A stretch of DNA of 64,000 bases. Origin: Minisyncoccota bacterium. GTDB lineage: Bacteria; Patescibacteriota; Minisyncoccia; Phycocordibacterales; XYD1-FULL-46-19. A model generated the notes under the pieces. That model was not told where the DNA came from, did not search any database, and was given only the letters and a program-made list of their open reading frames with translations. How positions within the stretch are numbered: the first letter of the stretch is position 1; the number at the start of each line of letters is the position of its first letter. Position numbers and translations under genes: made by a program. Positions 57,985 through 64,000 of the stretch are shown here, one piece after another. The stretch lies in contig JBBDJY010000016.1 in NCBI GenBank assembly GCA_040879645.1, forward strand, positions 11,064-75,063, read 5' to 3'.

Positions 57985-60900
57985 ATGATAGAAAATAAGA
58001 AACAACCAATCGACAACTTCAATGCCATCTCGCTACGCTTGGCTTCGCCGGAAGCGATTCTCGCCTGGTCTTATGGCGAAGTAACCAAACCGGAAACCAT
58101 TAATTACCGTTCCGGTCGGAGCGAACGGGGCGGTTTATTTGATGAAAGGATTTTTGGTCCGGAAAAAGACTATGAATGTTATTGCGGTAAGTATAAGCGA
58201 ATCCGTTACCGCGATATTGTCTGTGAAAAATGCGGGGTGGAAGTTACCCGTTCGATTGTTCGGCGTGAACGGATGGGCCATATTCAGTTGGCTACGCCGG
58301 TCGCCCATATCTGGTTTATGCGCAGTATTCCCAGTCGAATCAGCTTGGCGCTTAATCTTTCGGCCAGCGATTTAGAAAAAGTCATTTATTTTGCCGGCTA
58401 TATTATTACCAAAGTCAATGAAGACGAGCGCCAATCGATGCTCAAACAATTGGATGGTGAGTATAAATCCAAAGTCAAAGAATTAAAGACGGCGGCCGAA
58501 AAAGACCGGCTTAAAGAATCTCTCTTGGAGGCCAAGCGTAGTTTAACCGCTCTTAAACCATGGAAAGTGTTGGACGAGATTACCTATCATCGCTTGTCGC
58601 TTAAGTACGGGACGGTATTTGAGGCCGGTATCGGGGCGGAAGCCATTTATGAAATTTTTAAGGGCATTGATTTTGATCGGCTGATTGGCGAATTAACGGC
58701 CGAATTGGGTTCGGCCGGCGCCGCCGAGCGAGCCAAGATTCAACGGCGTTACAACCTTTTCAAAACGATGAAAAAATCAGGCATCCGACCGGAGTGGATG
58801 TTTTTGTCGGTCATTCCGGTCATTCCGCCGGCCCTGCGGCCGATGGTGGCTTTGGATGGTGGTCGGCATGCCACTTCTGATGTTAATGATCTCTATCGGC
58901 GGGTGATTAATCGCAATAACCGTTTGCGCAAATTACTTGATCTGAACGCTCCCGATGTTATTTTGCGAAATGAAAAACGCATTCTCCAAGAAGCGGTTGA
59001 CGCTTTGATTGATAATTCCATCAGACAAAATTCCGGCGAAGGAGTGATGAATCAATCACAACGACGACCGCTTAAATCCTTGGCCGATAATTTGCGTGGT
59101 AAGCAGGGTCGTTTCCGTCAGAATTTACTCGGTAAGCGTGTTGATTATTCCGGTCGGAGCGTCATTGTTATCGGTCCGGAATTAAAATTGGATCAATGTG
59201 GTCTGCCCAAGCATATGGCTTTGGAACTTTTTAAGCCGTTTGTTATTGCTAAAATTTTGGAAGAAGAATTGGCTTTCAATATTCGCGGAGCTGGTCGGCT
59301 GATTGATGAAGGAATTTCCGAAGTTTGGGCCATTCTGGAAGAGGTTATTCATAATAAATATGTCTTTCTTAATCGGGCGCCGACTTTGCACCGTTTGGGC
59401 ATTCAAGCTTTCAAGCCGGTGTTGATTGAAGGTCATGCCATTCAGATTCATCCACTGATCTGTGGCGCTTTTAACGCCGACTTTGATGGCGACCAAATGG
59501 CCGTCCATGTGCCATTGTCGGAGGCCGCCCAAAAAGAAGCTCGAGAAATTATTGCCGCTAATCACAATATTTTAGCACCGGGGTCCGGTGATCCGGTGAT
59601 CAATCTGAAATTGGATATGGTTCTCGGTTGTTATTGGGTAACCAAAATGCTTGATGGGGCCAAAGGCGAAGGTAATGTTTTCGGCCGGCGCAATCATGCC
59701 ATTATGTCTCGGGATTTTGATCAAACCGATTTGCGGGCTAAGATTAAACTACTGGGTGGTAGTCAGGAAAAGTACGGCGAATTATCCGGGCAGTTGTTTG
59801 AGACAACTGTTGGTCGGATTCTCTTTAACAACACTTTGCCCAAGGATTTTCCTTTTTTGAATAAGGAAATTACCGGTAAAGAAATGAATCGTCTGGTTGA
59901 GCAACTAATCACTGTTTATGGGGCTGAAGCCTTGCCACCGATTTTGGACAAGATTAAATCTTTCGGTTTCAAATATGCCACTTATTCCGGCATCACTTGG
60001 GGTTTGGATGATGTTGTCGTTCCCGCCGGCAAGCAAGCGATTATTCAAGTTGGTTTTGACGAGGTAAAAAATATCAATGACAAATTTGCCGAAGGGTTAT
60101 TATCGGAAGAGGAGCGTTATCGCTTGACGATTGAGACTTGGACCAAGGTCAAGACGAAAATTGAAGAAACCATTCCCGGAACTTTGATTCCCAATGGCTC
60201 GGTGGCTGATATGCTTAACTCCAATGCCCGAGGTTCAACTCAGCAGGTGGCGCAAATGTCCGGGATGAAGGGCTTAATCGTCAATCCGGCCGGACGACAG
60301 ATTGATTTTCCGATTATTCCGTCTTATAAGGAAGGTTTATCACCGCTTGAATATTTCGTTACCACCCACGGTTCGCGTAAAGGTTTGGCTGACACCGCTT
60401 TGAATACCGCTAAAGCCGGTTACTTGACGCGAAAATTGGTTGATGTCTCGCAAGATGTGGTGATTACCGAAGCTGATTGTGGCGATCAAGACGGTAAAAT
60501 TATCAATGAAAGTCATATTCTCGGTTTTGATGAAGGTTTGGCTAATAATATCAAAGGCCGAATTATTTTATCCGATATTACCGACGATACCGGTCGAGTT
60601 ATTTTCCCCAAGGGTCATCTCTTGTCTAAGGCCGATGCCTTGGAAGTTGATCGTCTGGGGATTAAGGAAGTCCATTTGCGGACACCAATGACTTGCCGGT
60701 CATTGCGGGGTTTGTGTCAAGAATGCTATGGTGCCGATCCCGGTCGTGGTCGTTTGGTTAAAATCGGCGAACCGGTGGGGATTGTTGCCGCTCAGGCGAT
60801 CGGCGAACCGGGGACGCAGTTGACGATGAGGACTAAGCATGCCGGCGGTGTCGGTTCAAGTGGCGGCGATATTGTCGGCGGTTTACCGCGAGTGGAAGAA

Positions 60901-61632
60901 ATTTTTGAACGGCGCAGTCCAAAATCCAGCGCCATTATTTGCGAATATGACGGCCAAGTAACCGAAATTAAAATCGAAGGTAGCGAATATTTTCTGACGG
61001 TGTTGATTGACCCGGCGGCGCGCAAAAAGGGGTCAAAAAAAGAAACGGTCGAATACAAAGCGCCGACTTTCCGAACGCTTAAAGTTAAAAACGGTGAAGT
61101 GGTTAAGAAAGGTCAAGTTTTGACTGACGGTTCAATTGACTTGGTTAATTACTTTAAATTGGCCGGCCGACGGCTGGTGGAAGATTACATTATCAAAGAG
61201 GTTAATGCCATTTACGAATTACAAGGGGTTTCCATTTCTCGCAAACATATTGAAATCATTATCCGTCAGATGTTTTCCCGTCGCCGGATTAAAGACCCGG
61301 GCGAGACTAAATTCAACGTTAATGCCATTGTTGACCTGTCCGAATTAACTGAAGAAAACAAACGAGTTAAACAAGCCGGCGGTAAGGAAGCCGAAGTCAC
61401 CGTTGCTCTCTTTGGTATTTCGGAAGTGGCTTTAACCACCAGTAGTTTCTTGTCGGCGGTTTCTTTCCAACATTCCACTCGAGTGTTGATTGAGACGGCG
61501 ATTAAGGGTGGGGTGGATAAATTACGGGGCTTGAAAGAAAATGTCATCATTGGCCGCTTGATTCCGGCCGGTACCGGTTTGGCCGCTAAAAACGAAACCG
61601 TTATTACCGAGTCTCAAACCGAGACGGAATAA
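57985..61632 (+). CDS. rpoC: RNA polymerase beta' subunit
   Basis: [51 protein letters not shown]. Confidence 0.98.
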   Translation: MIENKKQPIDNFNAISLRLASPEAILAWSYGEVTKPETINYRSGRSERGGLFDERIFGPEKDYECYCGKYKRIRYRDIVCEKCGVEVTRSIVRRERMGHIQLATPVAHIWFMRSIPSRISLALNLSASDLEKVIYFAGYIITKVNEDERQSMLKQLDGEYKSKVKELKTAAEKDRLKESLLEAKRSLTALKPWKVLDEITYHRLSLKYGTVFEAGIGAEAIYEIFKGIDFDRLIGELTAELGSAGAAERAKIQRRYNLFKTMKKSGIRPEWMFLSVIPVIPPALRPMVALDGGRHATSDVNDLYRRVINRNNRLRKLLDLNAPDVILRNEKRILQEAVDALIDNSIRQNSGEGVMNQSQRRPLKSLADNLRGKQGRFRQNLLGKRVDYSGRSVIVIGPELKLDQCGLPKHMALELFKPFVIAKILEEELAFNIRGAGRLIDEGISEVWAILEEVIHNKYVFLNRAPTLHRLGIQAFKPVLIEGHAIQIHPLICGAFNADFDGDQMAVHVPLSEAAQKEAREIIAANHNILAPGSGDPVINLKLDMVLGCYWVTKMLDGAKGEGNVFGRRNHAIMSRDFDQTDLRAKIKLLGGSQEKYGELSGQLFETTVGRILFNNTLPKDFPFLNKEITGKEMNRLVEQLITVYGAEALPPILDKIKSFGFKYATYSGITWGLDDVVVPAGKQAIIQVGFDEVKNINDKFAEGLLSEEERYRLTIETWTKVKTKIEETIPGTLIPNGSVADMLNSNARGSTQQVAQMSGMKGLIVNPAGRQIDFPIIPSYKEGLSPLEYFVTTHGSRKGLADTALNTAKAGYLTRKLVDVSQDVVITEADCGDQDGKIINESHILGFDEGLANNIKGRIILSDITDDTGRVIFPKGHLLSKADALEVDRLGIKEVHLRTPMTCRSLRGLCQECYGADPGRGRLVKIGEPVGIVAAQAIGEPGTQLTMRTKHAGGVGSSGGDIVGGLPRVEEIFERRSPKSSAIICEYDGQVTEIKIEGSEYFLTVLIDPAARKKGSKKETVEYKAPTFRTLKVKNGEVVKKGQVLTDGSIDLVNYFKLAGRRLVEDYIIKEVNAIYELQGVSISRKHIEIIIRQMFSRRRIKDPGETKFNVNAIVDLSELTEENKRVKQAGGKEAEVTVALFGISEVALTTSSFLSAVSFQHSTRVLIETAIKGGVDKLRGLKENVIIGRLIPAGTGLAAKNETVITESQTETE

Positions 61633-61699
61633 TTCGCTTGGCGCCGGTGGTTATCGGGAGGGATTCCTCGTTGTTTGTTAACAATAAAGCGAATCGCTT

Positions 61700-63424
61700 A
61701 TGTCCACGCCCGTCGAACAAATCAAAGACCGCTTGAATATCGTCGATTTTATCGCCGGTTATCTTAAGTTGGAAAAAACGGGGATTAATTACAAAGGACG
61801 CTGTCCTTTTCATAATGAAAAAACCCCGTCCTTTTTTGTGTCGCCGTCCCGTCAAACTTATCATTGTTTTGGTTGTCATCGAGGCGGTGATATTTTTTCT
61901 TTTTTGCAGGAGATTGAGGGTTTGGACTTCCCTGAGGCCCTAAATCGTTTGGCTGAACAAGCCGGTGTGACTGTCAAAAAAATCAATCCGCGCGAAGTAA
62001 ATGAAAAAGAAAAAATCTTCAAAATTTTGGCGGTCGCCACCGAATACTTTATTACCGCTTTAGATCGCCATCAACCGGCCCGGGATTATCTACTTGGTCG
62101 GGGTTTGTCAACTGAGACGATTAAAATTTGGCGTCTCGGTTTTGCTCCCGCCGGTTGGCAAAACCTGACCGAGCATCTGAAAGCCAAAGGTTTTTCGGCG
62201 GCCGAATTGGTTCAGGCCGGTCTGGCTTTAACTTCCCAGCCGAATGCCAATAACCCTCACGGCCGGCTCTATGATCGTTTTCGTCACCGCTTGATTTTCC
62301 CCTTGGCTGATGGCCAAGGGCGCATAGTCGGTTTTTCCGGTCGGATTTTTGATTCGCCGGCCACTCAGCCGGTGGAAGAAGCCAAATACATTAACTCGCC
62401 GGCGACTTTGGTTTATGACAAATCTCGGATTTTATACGGTTTTGATCGCGCCAAGGATGCTTTGCGTCGGAGCGGGACCGCCATTTTGGTTGAAGGTCAA
62501 ATGGATTTATTGTTATCGCATCAAGTCGGATTGACTAATACCGTCGCCACTTCCGGCACCGCTTTATCCCAAGGTCATTTGGAAATTATTAGTCGGTTGG
62601 CTCATAAATTGATTATGGCTTTTGATGCCGATCCGGCCGGTGAAGCGGCGGCGCGCAAGGCGGTGGATCTGGCTTTGGGGCAAGGTCTGGAGGTTAATAT
62701 CGCCCGATTACCGGCGGGGGCCGATCCGGCCGATTTAATTCTCAAAGACCCGGCTAAGTGGCAACAGGAGATTCAAGCGTCAAAACATGTTGTTGATTTT
62801 TACCTTGCTTCCTTAATGGCTCGGGAGAAAGATCGGCGCCTGCTCGGCCGGGCGATTCGGCAAGAAGTTTATCCCTATATCAAGCAATTAGCTTATCACA
62901 TTGACCGAGCTCACTTTATCGCCAAAATCGCCGATATGCTTAATTTGCCGGAAACGGAAATTTGGAGCGATTATCATGAAGCGTCATCACCGACCCCGTC
63001 ATCACCACCCCCGGCCGAACCGGCCCCGACGCGTGACCGGTCAAGTAAAATTATTGAACGATTATTTGGCTTGATTTGGCTTTGGTCCGAACAAGCCAAA
63101 AAATCACCGGCAGTCTATTTGGAAAAATTTAAAAAAATGTTTACCGCCGAGAATTGGGAACAAGAAAAAACCGCCCATGAAAGTCGTCGGGAACAAATCA
63201 TCATGCCGCTGGAAATGGAATACACCGACAGTTCGGCCGGTCGGCTGGCTGACGAGATAGATATTTTACTGACTGAATTGGCGATTGAATCATTAAAGGC
63301 CGACTTGGTCCAAACCAGGCAAGCCTTGGCTCAAGCGGAAAAAGCCGGCCGGGACGATGACCTGGACAAGCTTGTTAAAAAATGCCAAACTATCACCCAA
63401 AACATTAATAAATTAAAATCTTAA
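61700..63424 (+). CDS. dnaG: DNA primase
   Basis: CPFHNEKTPSF..CFGC, DRFR.RL.FP, KYINSP, VEG.MD, FDAD.AG. Confidence 0.97.
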   Translation: MSTPVEQIKDRLNIVDFIAGYLKLEKTGINYKGRCPFHNEKTPSFFVSPSRQTYHCFGCHRGGDIFSFLQEIEGLDFPEALNRLAEQAGVTVKKINPREVNEKEKIFKILAVATEYFITALDRHQPARDYLLGRGLSTETIKIWRLGFAPAGWQNLTEHLKAKGFSAAELVQAGLALTSQPNANNPHGRLYDRFRHRLIFPLADGQGRIVGFSGRIFDSPATQPVEEAKYINSPATLVYDKSRILYGFDRAKDALRRSGTAILVEGQMDLLLSHQVGLTNTVATSGTALSQGHLEIISRLAHKLIMAFDADPAGEAAARKAVDLALGQGLEVNIARLPAGADPADLILKDPAKWQQEIQASKHVVDFYLASLMAREKDRRLLGRAIRQEVYPYIKQLAYHIDRAHFIAKIADMLNLPETEIWSDYHEASSPTPSSPPPAEPAPTRDRSSKIIERLFGLIWLWSEQAKKSPAVYLEKFKKMFTAENWEQEKTAHESRREQIIMPLEMEYTDSSAGRLADEIDILLTELAIESLKADLVQTRQALAQAEKAGRDDDLDKLVKKCQTITQNINKLKS

Positions 63425-63428
63425 TTTT

Positions 63429-64000
63429 ATGCCCAATCCCAAAGCCAAAGTCAAGAAAAAAAGCTCTGCCAAAGTCAAAAAGGCCAAAGTCGCCGGCAAG
63501 CGTCCGGCGGCCAAAAAAGTTTCAACCAAGAGGCGAGCCGGTAAAAAACCGGCTAAAAAGCCGACCAAGCGAGCCGTTCGCCCGACGGTTAAAAAGGTAG
63601 TGGTTAAAAAACCGAAAAAAAGTGTGGCGAAAAAAACTCGTCCGGTTAAAAAGAAGGTGGCGACTAATCCCAAAGCCAAAGTCAAGGAAAGGCCGGTCGG
63701 TCGGCGAAGTAAATCCGTCACCGGGGTAAAATTGAATAAACAGGAAGTTGAGCACCGAGTCCAACTTTTGATTCAAAAAGGACGCCAGCGCGGGTTTATC
63801 ACTTTTAGTGAATTATTGAAAGAATTTCCGGCGATTGAAAACGACATCATCTTTTTGGAAGACCTCTATGCTCAATTTGAAGAAGCCGGTATTGATGTTT
63901 TGGAAGAAGGTGGTTTATTGGATGACGACAGCGAAAATGATATTTTCAGTAAGTTAAAGGCCAGTAAACACAGCGACCAGCGTCTGGATTCGGTTCAAAT
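63429..64000 (+). CDS. rpoD: Primary sigma factor, 5' part (runs off the window), with Lys-rich N-terminal extension
   Basis: Own translation, open to the window end: ~100 aa K/P/A/V-rich, then LIQKGRQRGFITFSEL (region 1.1) and DSVQ (start of region 1.2); follows dnaG. Confidence 0.88.
   Translation, partial: MPNPKAKVKKKSSAKVKKAKVAGKRPAAKKVSTKRRAGKKPAKKPTKRAVRPTVKKVVVKKPKKSVAKKTRPVKKKVATNPKAKVKERPVGRRSKSVTGVKLNKQEVEHRVQLLIQKGRQRGFITFSELLKEFPAIENDIIFLEDLYAQFEEAGIDVLEEGGLLDDDSENDIFSKLKASKHSDQRLDSVQ

Noticed and set aside
1-64000. Alternative genetic code (TGA=Gly) or programmed readthrough
   Set aside because: Core genes are intact under code 11 and several end in TGA; the only clean in-frame internal stop is a single TAA in an accessory paralog.
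1-64000. Complete DGR, retron, prophage or integrase-bearing element
   Set aside because: No reverse transcriptase, recombinase or phage structural operon was recognised in the window.

Overview
Bacterial chromosomal DNA, genetic code 11, very probably a Patescibacteria/CPR (Parcubacteria-like) genome. That assignment is inferred from streamlined pheS, pheT, thrS, tsf and smc, a NusB-NUDIX fusion and a gap-rpiB-rpe-tkt-pfkB-fba cluster. The core genes cover translation, transcription (rpoB, rpoC, start of rpoD), replication (gyrB with a mini-intein, dnaE, dnaG) and cell wall. Accessory DNA includes a surface-protein cluster at 0.3-5.9 kb, two RAYT/Y1 HUH transposases each flanked by its own palindromic REP family, and a third orphan REP family. 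It also holds a 27-bp palindrome inserted in-frame in gatB and pheS, a 197-bp foldback repeat array behind tRNA-Thr bracketing a RhuM/Fic gene, and a repeat-delimited island between trmD and rpoB. Best candidates for undescribed biology: (1) a membrane-anchored protein with tandem FN3 'last-strand'-like peptides near a secreted protein whose FN3 domain seems to lack that strand (possible donor-strand scaffold); (2) the tRNA-anchored repeat/cassette array; (3) a ~215-nt multi-hairpin RNA candidate with a loop-loop pairing downstream of RAYT-1; (4) REP-bounded gene cassettes and coding REP insertions. All family assignments come from motif recognition by eye; no searches or folding programs were run.
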